Shown: positions 11,168 to 23,988, counted from the stretch's first letter. The stretch is 64,000 bases of DNA from an uncultured Nitrososphaerales archaeon (GCA_963713605.1 CAVQMO010000003.1:192001-256000), one strand, 5' to 3'. The notes: generated by a model from the sequence alone, not told the origin. A program made the numbers and translations.

Positions 11168-11767
11168 TTAGACTCTTTGTGAGCCACGGAATGCCCTTAC
11201 GCTATAGTATGAGGGCGCACTATTGTGATACACGAAGACATTGCCGTAGCGGCAATCAGCAAAGAGGGCCCCGCCGAGTTTTCTAATATCAGAAGGTGTT
11301 TTCACCCAGCTCGACGTCTTTGTATCGAAATTTCCAAGATTCTGCAAATCTCTATACTGCTCTTCCGTTAAAAGCTCAATGCCCATGGCAACTCCCATAT
11401 CAATAGCATTATTTTCTGGTTTAAATGCTTTCCTTGCCTCCTGCCCTTCACGGTCGTAACAAACGTTTCTGCGGCCTTTAGGACTGTCCGCTGAACAATC
11501 ATAAAAAATGAATTCGCCCGTCTTTTTATCGTGACCAACAACATCCGGTTCACCGCCAGTTCTTTCCATTTCATTGATTGACCACAGTCTTTCAGTATTA
11601 GCTTCCAGCTTTGCTTGTACTTTTACCCATTCAAGACCCTTATGGCGGTTCATGTTTTTCTCAAAACGGGCTTTCAATGCTCTGTGTAGTTCTTCGCGTT
11701 GTTCTAGTGATAACTTCTTTTTCGTTTCAACGCCTGAAACAGAGTCTTTTTCAGTAAGCTTGGGCAT
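11168..11767 (-). CDS. DUF4256 family protein
   Basis: EMERTGGEPDVV, SPKGRRNVCYD, DTKTSSWVKTP, GGALFADCRY motifs. Confidence 0.85.
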   Translation of the reverse strand: MPKLTEKDSVSGVETKKKLSLEQREELHRALKARFEKNMNRHKGLEWVKVQAKLEANTERLWSINEMERTGGEPDVVGHDKKTGEFIFYDCSADSPKGRRNVCYDREGQEARKAFKPENNAIDMGVAMGIELLTEEQYRDLQNLGNFDTKTSSWVKTPSDIRKLGGALFADCRYGNVFVYHNSAPSYYSVRAFRGSQRV

Positions 11768-12342
11768 AAATCATAGTATTCATACTGAGTTTATAAAATC
11801 ATGTATGCAGGCTGACTTTTACTTAACAACTTACCAATTAGTGTTCCATTACTAATGGAATCAGCTTTTGAGAGCAAGGATAACATCGGTATTACTAATG
11901 CAACAAAAGAAAGAACAATGATAGTACAAACTGAAGCACTCATCCTAGCTAGTTCGCTGTGAATACTGGCAAAGATCAACCAAACCTCCTTATCTTCATG
12001 TGAATCTTGAGCTGTGATTTGTGGTTGACTTATTTTCTTTCTCTCAGTATCGGTCATATGCGATTATATGCATTGTATAAACATAATCCAGCCAGTTAAA
12101 TGCTCCTTGAATCCCATTCTCCGAAACTATTCTTCCAAAGTTTTTTGCACTAATCTATCTGGTTCGGTCGGATACAATACACTAATGTATGCAACTCTAA
12201 CCAGATAAATACGATGTGCCGATTCTGAACTCACTGTCAAAAGACGAACGTTATTTGTAAAGACTTTTGGTTTGATTAGACGTTCGTATCTTGCAATAAT
12301 AATAAATCTTTTTACACTAGAATTGACTTACCATTTTGGTAA

Positions 12343-13539
12343 TTGTCTTCAGAAGGTAAACGAATCCTAATTTTGGGAGCAGGATTCGGAGGGTTAACAA
12401 CTGCAAATTTATTGCGAAAAAATCTTTCTTTATCCTCAGTAGAGCACCAAATTAGTATTGCCGATTCCAAAGACTATTTCATAATGGGACTTGTAAATTT
12501 ATGGATCTTAAGTGGAATAAGAACACTGGAAGATTCTAAAATAGCATTAAGCAGACTGGAAAATAAAGGAATAAGCTTTCTAAATGGTGAAGTAACAGCA
12601 ATTGATCCTGTCTCAAGAATGGTTACAATCAAAGGAAGTTCGACTCTCAGATTAGAATATGACTATTTGGTAATAGCATTAGGATCAGAATTTGCACTTG
12701 AAAATGTCAAGGGATTTTTAGAAAATGGAGGCTTTAATCTATATGATGCAGAGCAAGTTCCAAAATTAAGAGAAAAGATACTTTCATTAAAAAAGGGGAG
12801 AATTGCAATATGCATAACCTCTGTTCCATACAAATGCCCACCCGCACCATATGAGGCATCTCTACTTATCAATGATATTTTAGTTAAGAATGGTACAAGG
12901 GACTCGATTGATATCGAAATTTATACATCAACTCCAATTGCTTTACCTGTAGCTGGAACAAAAGTGAGTCAAGATGTTATTAACCTTCTTGAAGATAGCC
13001 ATGTCAATTTCCATCCATTACATAAAATAAAGACAGTCTCAGACACAAAAGAGATAGAGTTTGAAAATGGAAATAGGGTAAATTATGATTTGTTGATAGG
13101 TATCCCTCCTCATAAAGTTCCTGCAGTAATAAGGAATTCTGATTCTTATTAAGCTAGGACAAAACTGGATTAATGTCGACAAGTTCAGTCTTAGGACAGA
13201 TTATCAAAATGTTTTTGCAATAGGGGATGTAAATGAAATTAAAGTAAATGAAAATGTGGCTATCCCTAAAGCTGGAGTATTTGCTGAAGCTCAGGCGAAG
13301 GTAGTTAGCCAACAAATTATCGATGATATTGAAAATAACAGGGATAAACTATCATCATCAAAATTTGATGGAAAAGGTTTTTGTTTTATGGAAGTTGGAG
13401 ATAAGAAGGCAGGGTATATTGCTGAGATTTTTATAATGAAGATGGTCCTGTCACTCTACTTGAGCCACCATCTAAGGAATCATACGAAAGGAAATTAGAT
13501 TTCGAAAGAAGTAAGGTAAGTGAGTGGTTACTATCGTAG
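12343..13539 (+). CDS. NAD(P)/FAD-dependent oxidoreductase, sulfide:quinone reductase / flavocytochrome c type (two frameshifts)
   Basis: GAGFGG, YKCPPAPYE, VFAIGDV and PKAGVFAEAQ. Frameshifts near 13145 and 13430; repaired frame ends at TAG 13537-13539. Confidence 0.85.
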
Positions 13540-14239
13540 TCCGCTACTTGTTTGTCTACTAAACTTTTACTTTGAAGCCACTATGAGTTGCTCTTCTACT
13601 TTCTCCAGCTCTGGTTGCTGTTCTTCTTCCTCGGCTAGCTTATCCATTCTTCTCTTGAAGAGTTTGCTATATTCGTAGTTTGATATAAACTCACACATAC
13701 TATGGTATTGTGTAGTATATTATTTAAACAGATTCCTAATGAATTTTTTAACATGACGATATCACTCTCAGAATAAGGGCTAACTTCAGAAGTACTGAAA
13801 CATCTAAACTGCTGAATCAATTCGAATTATTATTTCGATGCACAAAGGGATGCTTAGACTTCTTGAGATCGTCTTCGGTATTCTGCCTTTTGAATGAAAG
13901 TCTAGGAATGCAGGCAATTTTGAATTAGATATTTATTTGTCGGTTTCAAGCCTTAAGAGTTCCCCCATAGCGAAACCTATTTGACCAACGCCATGGGTCG
14001 AACAACTATACTGGCATGCTTCTCGTGTTCATAACGAACTGACTTTGACGGTGGTCATGGAATTTTCGCGAATTATGGGTCTTGAATCGCGAGGGTTATA
14101 CCCTCCATACCCAACTCTTCTTGCCCTGCGTCGGGACCTCCCCACATCCAAACAAAAGCAACTTTCGCTGCTACCCCCAATACCTGCATCCAGTTGTATT
14201 GAAAAAACAACTTTATATGTTCGCCTACTTGTTTTCAAA

Positions 14240-14562
14240 GAGACTTTATGAAAATTGGCTGACCGAAAAGGCTCAAAATTTTTTTGAGGATAAAGTAAAG
14301 AATTATTCGAAAAAGGTGGGAGTGAGGGGTAATGGGGGGTGTAACTATAAAGAATCTTAGGAATAGGTGGGGAAGCCTTACTAAAAATAGTACAATTTAC
14401 ATTAATTTAAACTTGATAAGAGCCCCTGAAGTTGTTATAGTATTGCATGAATTATGCCGTATGAAAGTGGAAGGACATTCACATCGTTATTGGGATCTGC
14501 TGCACAAGTTCATGCCTAATTATCATGATAAAGTGGAATTGGTTAAAAGTGAATGGAAATAA
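14240..14562 (+). pseudogene. YgjP/DUF45-type (M48) metallopeptidase fragment
   Basis: IKNLRNRWGSL...INLNLIRAP..VIVLHELC...HSHRYW; N-terminus missing and frameshifted. Confidence 0.75.
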
Positions 14563-14944
14563 CCTACTCTGAACTTATTTTTCCATATGTGTATGCTGCC
14601 TATCAAACTAAGACCAATACTGGTATGTATCAACTCCTAGCAGGAATACCAGCTGTATATAACGCTACCTCTCTCTTGATGTCTGAAAATTCTTGGCATT
14701 GTGATCTTCCTACTTCAAAAGCTACCTCGGGACTAGATACTTCTATTGTAGGACACTGAATGGACTTATACATAATTGTAAGTATATGTTAGAGGTAATA
14801 GAACACTTGTAATAACCTCTGGTTTTTATTACCTCATAGTGGACACGCTGTACAAGTTCTTACTAAGAATAGTGATGTTGAACGTTAGATGATGTTGGAT
14901 AAAATGTATTTATTTATAGCTGAGAACAACGTAATCTGGGGGAA

Positions 14945-15355
14945 TTGAATAAGATCGGAGTCATAATCTTGATGGTTATAATATGTACATTATCATTAGC
15001 TAATCCCTCAAAGGTGTTTTCTCAATTCGATCGAATGATGACGAACTTCACTACACTATTTGAAGATGAACTAACTGGTAAAGAAGCTTGCGGCCTAGAT
15101 TACTGCTCTTTATATCTTGACGTAGAATATCAGAGTTCATATACAGTTGTGTTAGAAGGAAAATTGTTAAGATTAGCAGAGGGTACCATCGGTTATACAG
15201 CGAACGACTTGATTTGGAATGGCGTTGATTTGCTAAAAGATGAGGGTTATGTCATTGATTCAGTTCTAATATCGGGGTTTGGAACTGATACGAATCCTTA
15301 TACATATCACGTCATAATGTCAAAAGACGTCAATTCGACAAATCATGCAGAATAA
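14945..15355 (+). CDS. Secreted hypothetical protein
   Basis: Signal peptide ending in VFS-Q; 136 aa. Confidence 0.7.
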   Translation: MNKIGVIILMVIICTLSLANPSKVFSQFDRMMTNFTTLFEDELTGKEACGLDYCSLYLDVEYQSSYTVVLEGKLLRLAEGTIGYTANDLIWNGVDLLKDEGYVIDSVLISGFGTDTNPYTYHVIMSKDVNSTNHAE

Positions 15356-15549
15356 CGTAACCACTAATATTTTTGGTGTTAGTTGCTATCGCTGACCAAT
15401 TTTATCTAGATTGTCGTTCAATCTAGATAAAGGGTTTGGAAGCAACGAAAACAGATGAAAACATATGATACCAGTTGGATAATACTTTGAAACCATATGG
15501 TAACTAATAGTAATGTTTAAAGCTTCAAAATCGTTTTATTATATGGGAT

Positions 15550-15787
15550 ATGCAAGGATTAAACGGGCAAGAAACAGAAAATTATGTTAGATCTGTATTA
15601 CAATCAAAAAAAGACTTTTAGAGAAATACAAAAGATAGTAAGAAAATCCCCTCGTGATATTAAAACCATTATAGACAAAGTAGACCCAGGGCGGTCTTCT
15701 CTTTCTGTAACTCCAAGAGCCTATCAATTGTTTAAGGAAGGACATAATCCGATAGAAGTAACCGTTGTATCAGTGCTTCTATTCTGA
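15550..15787 (+). pseudogene. Truncated HTH protein, paralog of 35087-35701
   Basis: LDLYYNQKKTFREIQK...RAYQLFKEGHNPIEV parallels VKLYKEGKPIREIAQ...QALSLFLQGKRPVDV. Confidence 0.55.
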
Positions 15788-16110
15788 GCCACAACAGATT
15801 GTCCTGCGCCTGTGGATAAAGTTGCAGGTGTCGGCGTAGTTAACATTAATACTCCAGCAGAAGCATTTAACATTAGCACTGCCGTGGAAACAAGTTTCAC
15901 TTTGTCATGATTGGAGATGTTTTCATTTCCGACTCATTATTTGGGAGTACTATGTATAAAATAGTTCTCTCTATCCGCAGAATTTTCATTCTGAAGAAAT
16001 CTGGAATCACAGACGAATTATTCGCAAATGAAAAGACGACTTGACTCCTAATGCCAGAATTGTAGAGGAAATCCATAGAGCGGAGAGTAAAATTATGCTC
16101 TCTCCTTTAG

Positions 16111-16536
16111 TCATATCTCATCTACTATTTTCTTTCCATTTGGAAATATTTCTCTCTTTAGTAAATCATATTCTACAGAGATCTTACCTGGTCCGGTAAG
16201 GAGCAAGCTTATGGCTACAGATATCAACAATAGTTCCAACTCGAATCCTCCTACAAAACCTTCTGACAGCTTGGCAACAGTAGTAGCGCCTATCATTTCT
16301 ATTATGAACAGAATTGAAGCTATTCTTGTTACTAATCCAACTAGAAGAGCAAATCCACCTATTACTTCTAACAAACCAATTGGAATAGCAAGTTCCGGTG
16401 GTAAACCAATATTTCCGAAAAAGCCCTGGGTCATTGCTGGATCTGACAATTTTGGTATGCCATGTGAAATGAATGCTATTCCAGCAAGTATACGTATTGG
16501 TAATGGACCATACAGCCTCAGCTTTTGGATATTCAT
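16111..16536 (-). CDS. DoxX family membrane protein
   Basis: RILAGIAFISHGIPKL, LLEVIGG..LLVGLVTR, GPGKISVE. Confidence 0.9.
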   Translation of the reverse strand: MNIQKLRLYGPLPIRILAGIAFISHGIPKLSDPAMTQGFFGNIGLPPELAIPIGLLEVIGGFALLVGLVTRIASILFIIEMIGATTVAKLSEGFVGGFELELLLISVAISLLLTGPGKISVEYDLLKREIFPNGKKIVDEI

Positions 16537-17027
16537 TTAGTTATTCATAGAGAATGCATCACTATAGTATATTAGTGATATAATTACAGGAGCTTATATT
16601 CCTGATCACCTAGCATGGGGGGAGCCGACAAGATATCATTGGTAGGAAATTAATATTGTATAAATGAAGGAAATGGTACTGGCTTTATGCTTTTTCATTT
16701 CTTTACTATAATCAAGTAAGAATCATCAACGAGCAGGGTTTTATATAAAGCCCAAGCTGCTAGGGTACAGTCGCTCAGAGGCATTTGATGCATTCAGATT
16801 ATTCATTCAGTTTTGGCAATGTTCGTGTTTGAGTGATGGATCTACCTACTCTCTACCCTAAATCTAGTATGACCAGGAGCGACATACTATGTCATGAGTC
16901 TCTAATGACATATTATTCATCGTTTTGGTGAATGATGCTCTCTTCCATTCTTCCAGAATGAGTCCTTCTATAAAGAAAAAGCCTCCTACGAATTATTCAC
17001 GTGTTTAGCGTGGGTTAGCTGATAGGA

Positions 17028-17591
17028 TCAGAGGTTAAGCCGCACTACCGGTCTTGTAGGTAATCGTCGGGCGACCTCTATGAAACCTTCGGCCAAGAAG
17101 ACTGATAATATGCCGGGATAAAGATCTCCTCGAGAGGCTCCTTGGTCTAGATCGAATGGATAGCCTTCGATGCATTCTGCCCCATGCGATTGGGCAAACG
17201 CCGTTGCTTCTCTTAGCAAAAGCCGAGAAAGCCCTTGACGGCGGAACTTTTTCCGAACCACAAAACAGGTCACCAACCATACTGGACGATCGTCAACTGC
17301 CGAAAAAAACCTAGACCGCCTTAGCCGGTCGTATCTATCTCGCGGAGCTATGCCACACCAGCCAGCGGGTTCGCCGCTGATGTAAGCAATAATCCCTAGA
17401 GGACCATAATTGCGTATTGTGTCGAAAAACCATCTACGATTTGCTTCCCCCCAATTATCTTTACATGCCTTTTTCGGGAGGTGCCAAAAAGAACAAAAGC
17501 AATTCCCCGCATCAGCACAATCATCGAATATTTTTTCGATATCTTCTTTATGTCTAATCGATACAGGGTAACTTTCGATAGTTTTAGGCAA
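17028..17591 (-). CDS. GNAT family acetyltransferase
   Basis: CFCSFW, PAGWCGIAPR, CFVVRKKFRRQGLS, IEGYP. Confidence 0.9.
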   Translation of the reverse strand: MPKTIESYPVSIRHKEDIEKIFDDCADAGNCFCSFWHLPKKACKDNWGEANRRWFFDTIRNYGPLGIIAYISGEPAGWCGIAPRDRYDRLRRSRFFSAVDDRPVWLVTCFVVRKKFRRQGLSRLLLREATAFAQSHGAECIEGYPFDLDQGASRGDLYPGILSVFLAEGFIEVARRLPTRPVVRLNL

Positions 17592-17688
17592 GGATCATAC
17601 TCTGGACTCAAATGTATATGTTTTTTCTTGAATGCACTACTGTAGATGCAGGCACGATTTTAACGCAGGCTCTAAAGATATTCAGGGT

Positions 17689-18769
17689 TTAACAGGCTTC
17701 CTCCATATATCCTGGTTTTTGCTGACTAATCATTTTCGATAATCCATTCATATAGTTCTTGGCAAATGTAGTGATTGGTTGTGAGGATACCATATACAAC
17801 CAAGAACTTTACAATCATGACAAGTTCTTGCAATGTCCCATTGAGGGGCACTCCAAATTTCTTCTATACTTTGCTCAAGTAAATTGTAAGTATTTTCTGG
17901 GCTATTAAATTTCCAACATGGAACTAAGACCGTACCATTACCATTAACAAATATACTTTTCCATACTCCACACTCATCAAAAAGTCCCCTTCCATGCTCT
18001 ATTATCTGCTCAAAGTACCTGTGGTGGGATCATTATTTTAGGATAGAGGTGTTTTCTTCCATAATCAAGGATACTTTCACAAATCCTGACCATTGTCTGT
18101 CGATCCGGAAGTAGCGAATAGCTGATGTCAGATCGATCTTCTACAAAGGTAAAGGAAACAGCATTCGAGCCTAATTCCTTTGCTCTCTCAAAATAAGACT
18201 GGTTGATGAATTCCTCAGTATTATACTTAGTTATAACGCTATTAAAGTAGTGTGGTATCTTATAATCAGCCAAAAGATGGAGATTATTTATTACCCTACT
18301 ATATATTTGTGGAGAAACACCACGTATTTTGCAGTACCGACTCTTCGAATACGGAATCAATACTGCAAGTGATAAACTGAATATATTTCTTTAATTCGAC
18401 AAGATCAATAGTGTGAAGCAATGAACAGTTGGTAATCAGTGTAATGGGAATTTTTAGCTTGTAAATATGCCGAACAAGTTCCATAAAGTCAGGACGACTA
18501 GTAGGTTCACCTCCTTCAATGATGGACCAGATACAATATTTTGAAACCTTATCAAAAATTGATTTCCATTGCTCTGTAGTCAAGTCATTTTTCTTTGCCA
18601 AATCGATTTGACCAATCTTATCAGCATCTCCGAAAGGACACATAGGGCAATAGAAATTACAGTAATGTGTTAAACTGAAAACTGCAATTAATGGGCGTCT
18701 TCTTCCTATGACTCTGTTGCCCGACCAATTGCCTAGAAGTTTGATTGTACGCATAGTGTCAACTGGCAT
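17689..18769 (-). CDS. Radical SAM protein with C-terminal Cys-rich (SPASM/twitch-like) region, frameshifted
   Basis: CNFYCPMC, EGGEP, ITN and CSID motifs. Continues via 18010-18360 and a further frame with CPQWDIARTCHDC. Confidence 0.85.
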
Positions 18770-19090
18770 GAGGTTACCATCATCATAACAGCATATTAAG
18801 TTGCTGTTGATATTGGTTGGATTTGTGACATGTTTATACCTTAATTCTTCATATAATTTGGACTTCTGCGATGCAGTAATCTAAAGTATATATGCATCAA
18901 TTTATGCAGCCATAAACTATCCTTTTTTAACATCGATGCTTTCGTCATTAAACAAATTCCAAAACGACTATCATCACATTATACTAAAGAATCTTAGAAG
19001 GTAGAATGAGAAGATGATTTTTCCATCTTCTATTTAATTCCAAATTTCAATATTCTTTTTATTCAAGTCATTCACAATCATGAATATACC

Positions 19091-19625
19091 ATGACTCAGT
19101 CAATGAAAAGACCATTTGGCATTACAATCATAGCTATTCTAGCCATAGTAAGTGGTGCGGTGTTAATATTTGGAGGACTATCATCTTTAGTATCTGGAGA
19201 CTTTCTTTGCGTCAATACCAATTGATAATGTCATGACTGAGCTACAGCAACTGGAGCAAGGACAGCCGCAAACGCTGAATTTAGCAGAATTACATGCTCT
19301 AATCCAGTTGCTTGGAAGTATTAGTATAGTAATGGGCGCGATCGTGATGGTAATTGGAATAGGCTATTTAGTTGTATCCTATGGTCTCCTAAATGGAAGA
19401 GGGTGGGCATGGACTATTGCAGTAATACTAACTACGATATCAATCATAGTCCAAATAGTATTCGTTATAACAACAAGCATGCTTAATGCATCATTGCATC
19501 ACGATACGAATACCTCATTATATCATTTAATTGATCAAATTATTGGAATAATGATTAATGGAATAATTCTCTATTATCTCTATCGTCCATCTGTGAAGAG
19601 ATACTTCAAAAAATCCCAGCCCTAA
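19091..19625 (+). CDS. Four-TM membrane protein (one frameshift near 19200), paralog of 52787-53392
   Basis: MKRPFGITIIAIL...GLLNGRGWAW...ILYYLYRPSVKRYF. Confidence 0.8.
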
Positions 19626-19769
19626 CGGAATAAGAATAGAGAAAAAATTTTTAATTCAAGGGTACATGAGTGAAATTGATTTATATACTGGCAACTTTCC
19701 TACTTTCCAGTATTTTGTGCTTCAAATATAGATGTGAAATACATTTAAGAAATTGTGTGTATGTAGTAA

Positions 19770-20195
19770 TTGATGCAAGCAGATGATGGTGGGGGTGGTG
19801 TAGATTATGAAGGCCGAAAGAAGTTCATCTGCATTGCTACCTTTCTGCCTCTAAAAAGCTGGAGGTATATGATACCTTTTCAACTAATGACATCGAAAGT
19901 ATTAAAACAAGTAAAGCAAAATGAGGGAGTAGTCAATTATGCAGTAAAGGCCAATTTCCTTAAGAAGCATTTTTGGACATTTTCTATTTGGAAGGATAAT
20001 GAGTCACTTAGACAGTTTACTATGTCAGAACCTCATGCTACGGCTGTCAAGAAGTTCACTGAATGGGCTGGCGAGGGTTCTGCATTTGTAGAATGGAGTA
20101 GCCGAAGTGAGATGATTGATTGGAGAGAGGCATTCAAAAAACTTCAGGAACCCACATACTATTACAAGAAAGCGTCGGACGAAACGCTTTATTAA
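19770..20195 (+). CDS. DUF3291/ABM-like dimeric alpha-beta barrel protein
   Basis: FWTFSIWKDNESLRQF...PHATAV. Confidence 0.65.
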   Translation: MMQADDGGGGVDYEGRKKFICIATFLPLKSWRYMIPFQLMTSKVLKQVKQNEGVVNYAVKANFLKKHFWTFSIWKDNESLRQFTMSEPHATAVKKFTEWAGEGSAFVEWSSRSEMIDWREAFKKLQEPTYYYKKASDETLY

Positions 20196-20862
20196 GCACA
20201 AATACGAAACGCTTTATAATGGGGAAATTCCTCCGTCGAATGATGTTCCACATGGGAATCTCATTTTCACCTCCTGATCTCCTATTCTAGTTTAGCTTCA
20301 GGTCGGAGGAACCCGAATCCAGTGTAATTCTTAATACTTGTAGAGATCCTATCTTCAGCTCAGTCTTTCACAAAATTGATCGTGCTCTCTGAAATCGGAA
20401 CATTTATACCAATTGGTCATTATCAGTGATTTCATTGGGGCCGGATTAGGGAAGAAGTCAATAAGCAGCTCATAGACTGTAACACATATTATTCAGACAA
20501 TTTTACCTTATTAAATAAAATATGTGTGTGCCAGAAGTCCCACACACAGATTTGCATATGACATTACCAAAGAGCATTTGACAACCTTTGATGAACTATT
20601 CTTCTGGATGATGCCCTTCTGCTTATTAGATCGCTTTAGGACTTATATCAATAGCTACGATTCCTATTTTAGAGAACGAGAATAGCTTGAATCGAATGCT
20701 GAAGATGCAATAAGATATTATCAAGAATTTCTCACGCTCTTAGGGATTACCGAATTTATCAAGATTTACCCTTAAATAAAGGATAATCCTTGGCCGTTTG
20801 TGAATTTATCGATTAATCTGTGTTCTGCACGGGTCTAGAGACAGAAGCATTAAACCATCAAA

Positions 20863-21849
20863 ATGATTGCACATGATTCAAATATATTAGGAGTTACTTT
20901 CACCTCTAGAATGACTCGAAGAAAAAATATGGAAGGACAGATCGCAATGATTATGGTAGCAGTAATGATTACATCTGCAGCTCTCGGATTAGGGGTAATG
21001 CCTTTGCAACCAGTAGCACCTGCCATTGCAATAAACGGTGAAGAACTGAGCTCTTCAAGAGGAGGGAACAGTTCCCTAATTATCATATCATCTGAAACTG
21101 ATAATCATTCATATAGCAAAGAATGGCCAAATATCCATTCAAATGTTGAAACGGATTTTAATACAAACATATCATTACCAGAAATTCAAGAAACAGCTTT
21201 CATTCATCCATTTGCAGTAGTCATTGGCAACTGCTATATAGGTAAATTAGTATTGGTTGCTCCTACTGCTGTATGCAGAGGAGATGAAGGGACTCCTATC
21301 CATGTCAGTGACTATTCCAATATGCAGGACGGTGTAATATTGCATGGACTTGAAACTACCGAAAAAGGAAAGGGTATTGACGGAAGAAGATATTCTGAAG
21401 CTGGTGATGGACTAATGGCAAATAGCTCTCAGTTTGTAGAGGGTTATTCAGTATTTGTTGGAACAAATACAAGCTTAGCGCATGATTCAATGGTTCATGG
21501 ACCTGCCTGGGTGGGAAACAATACTTTTGTAGGTATGAAGAGTATAATCTTTGATGCAAAAGTTGGGAACAATGTTGCGATAGGAATCTCAAGCACAATC
21601 TCAAATGGAGTTTCAATTCCTGATAACAAATTTGTTCCACCAGGTAGTGTAATCCTTGACCAAGAAGAAGCAGATGCATTACCTCTTAGAATTGGTAGCC
21701 CGTACGAAAACACAAACAATGCTGTGCTTCATGTAAATGAACAACTTGCGGAAGGATATAATATGCAACTAACCCTAGACAAACTTTTAGAACAAAGAGA
21801 AAGACAGATGGAGAAAGGCATGCTAGAAACAGGTATGAGTGCTCCCTAG
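20863..21849 (+). CDS. cam: Secreted gamma-class carbonic anhydrase (Cam-like)
   Basis: Hexapeptide repeats; RGDEG, NMQDGVILH and SLAHDSMVHGP supply three His ligands; hydrophobic leader. True start is probably downstream (MEGQ...). Confidence 0.9.
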   Translation: MIAHDSNILGVTFTSRMTRRKNMEGQIAMIMVAVMITSAALGLGVMPLQPVAPAIAINGEELSSSRGGNSSLIIISSETDNHSYSKEWPNIHSNVETDFNTNISLPEIQETAFIHPFAVVIGNCYIGKLVLVAPTAVCRGDEGTPIHVSDYSNMQDGVILHGLETTEKGKGIDGRRYSEAGDGLMANSSQFVEGYSVFVGTNTSLAHDSMVHGPAWVGNNTFVGMKSIIFDAKVGNNVAIGISSTISNGVSIPDNKFVPPGSVILDQEEADALPLRIGSPYENTNNAVLHVNEQLAEGYNMQLTLDKLLEQRERQMEKGMLETGMSAP

Positions 21850-22033
21850 TTACATCTGTCTGTGTATTAATACACTAAGAAAAAAGATCCGGTCTGGGCC
21901 AAAGAAATTGTATTGATAACAGTTCACAGCCCTTGTTATTGACTATAACGCCTTAAGTGACTGGCTTGCGGTTTGTCAAAATGTCCCCTTAAATGTCCCT
22001 AAAATAAAAAAGGAGAATGCCGTTCAGTTACTG

Positions 22034-22222
22034 TTACTTGCAGCCAGCATGTGCCCACTCAGCGTCATAGCCGTGATGAAAGTCACGAGAATGACCTGAA
22101 CCCGGGTCATACGCCTTTCCGCCTCTACAGTCAGCAGCACCTGATTCACAGCCACTCTTCCAGTTATCACTCTTGCCCTTCTGGCCTTCACACCATGTAA
22201 CTCCGCAAGTAGCTTTGGCGGG
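22034..22222 (-). pseudogene. Fragment of small Cys/Gly-rich secreted-type protein
   Basis: Frame absent from the ORF track: PAKATCGVTWCEGQKGKSDNWKSGCESGAADCRGGKAYDPGSGHSRDFHHGYDAEWAHAGCK*, preceded by an in-frame TAG. Confidence 0.45.
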
Positions 22223-22397
22223 CTATGCATCTTCCATATTGCATATGAGGATGGAAGTCATTTCAAAAAATTTGATCGTAACCGGAGGCACAATAATGAA
22301 TGTCGCACTACTGACGAAACTCCATTTTTCAACAGTGCAACTCTGATATCACAATCGACATGTTGCAAAGGTTCGGCCGATTGTTTTTGGAGGGGTA

Positions 22398-22733
22398 GTG
22401 ACTGAGATTGAAGATGGTGACACACTTAATGTGAATAATGTGCGAATACGTCTTTCGATGATCAATACCCCTGAAACAGCAGAACCCGGTTACAATAAAG
22501 CAACAGCGGCGGCTGAATCGGAATGCGCAGTTGGAAGCGAAGCGTTGGTAGATGAAGATGATGGCAAGAAAGGTGGAAGTTTTGGCAGATTGATAGGTGC
22601 AGTTTATTGCAATGGGAACAACGTATCTTTGAACGAAATACTTCTGGATAAAGGTAAAGCAGTTTTGTATGAAGACCTTTACAATGTTAGCATGTTTGCC
22701 AATGAGGACTGGATAGCAAGTTCTGGCTGTTAG
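22398..22733 (+). CDS. Thermonuclease (SNase-like) domain protein, probably 5'-damaged
   Basis: EDGDTL, IRLSMINTPE, SFGRLIGAVY, LNEILLDKGKA. Confidence 0.8.
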   Translation: MTEIEDGDTLNVNNVRIRLSMINTPETAEPGYNKATAAAESECAVGSEALVDEDDGKKGGSFGRLIGAVYCNGNNVSLNEILLDKGKAVLYEDLYNVSMFANEDWIASSGC

Positions 22734-23104
22734 GATCAGCTTCTGTTTTGAATGAACGATAAGGGAAGTAAAGGCATACTCATGACGTGTATGGATCCCA
22801 ATTTAGGCCTCTATTAGTATCGAATAATAAGTGACTATGGTATCCTTTATTTAGTAAAGAATAGTGAATATTTTATCTATTGAGAGACTATACAAATTTA
22901 ATTTGATGTAGAATATCCTATTACCTTTTTGCTAAGAACTGCTATTCCAGGTGGACTGTTAAGCTTTGGATAATAAATATATCAACGATCTCTAGATTGA
23001 TGTAAATATTTAGTTTCGTCCAATCTTCTTGTAGTAATTTTAATGAGTGAATATTATTGGGCAGATGGCTTTGGTATCGGTGACTGTAGATGATGATGTA
23101 TAAT

Positions 23105-23981
23105 TCAATATGCCAAAGATGGAAGAAAAGGCATTACTGGTTCTCGGTAGAAGCCAATAGTCATAATATTTGCAGGCCAACCAATTTGAAAGCCGTTTTC
23201 AAGTAACCAATTGATAATTTCGTAATTCCGAGCAGGCGCAAAGAATCCAGGGCCAAGAATTTCGGACGCATTAGTAATCAATGCCTTTAATTCCTCATTT
23301 GACTTTGCTACTGCATGACCAAATAGACCTATGCCAGCTCGCATAGCCTATAACGAGTCCATCCTGTTCTATCATAGCAGCTACGCCTTGTTCTTTTGCA
23401 TGTCGTAATTCCATTTCCCTAGAAAATCCGTGTACTGATTTGCAAAGCTCATTACATGCTGAAATATCATTGTCTGTTCGAACGAGGTGTACACTAGCAC
23501 TCCTTGTATTATTATCACTCTTTTTTAGTGGCTGTCCTTGCATCAAGAATAAAGGCTCACGAAGAACGAAACCAGATTTTGTGTACAATACAAAGGAACG
23601 AATGTGACTTGGCGACTGTACTAATCTGATCTGGTCATGGTTTTGTTTACGAGCTTGGGTAAGGGCAGCATCCATCAACATCTTACCTACGCCACCTCCC
23701 TCTGCAGAAGGATGGACTGTGAGGGGGCCTATTACTGCCACGGGCGAAGGTGGAAATTTATGAAGAAATATGCTTCCTAATATCTTACCTTGTCGCTCTG
23801 CTAAAACGCCCCATGAATCTGGATTGTCAAGAAGTCTTTTGATAAGCCCTATACCAAATTCTTCAGAGGGCTGCTCGGAAGGATAGCCATGATCGGAAGA
23901 AATGTTCTTGTGTGCTTGGTACCCGATCTTACCGCAGCTCTCTGCATCATTGTACTCTATGGGTCGAATTACTAAACTCAT
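23105..23981 (-). CDS. Two-domain GNAT acetyltransferase (frameshift near 23340)
   Basis: IGPLTVHPSAEGGGVGKMLM and SFVLYTKSGF; C-terminus continues in 23105-23344. Confidence 0.85.
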
Positions 23982-23988
23982 TTAGGAA

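Noticed and set aside
20175..20315. Short direct repeat (acgaaacgctttat twice) and possible hairpins
   Set aside because: No recognisable RNA family or second copy; may be chance or a terminator region.
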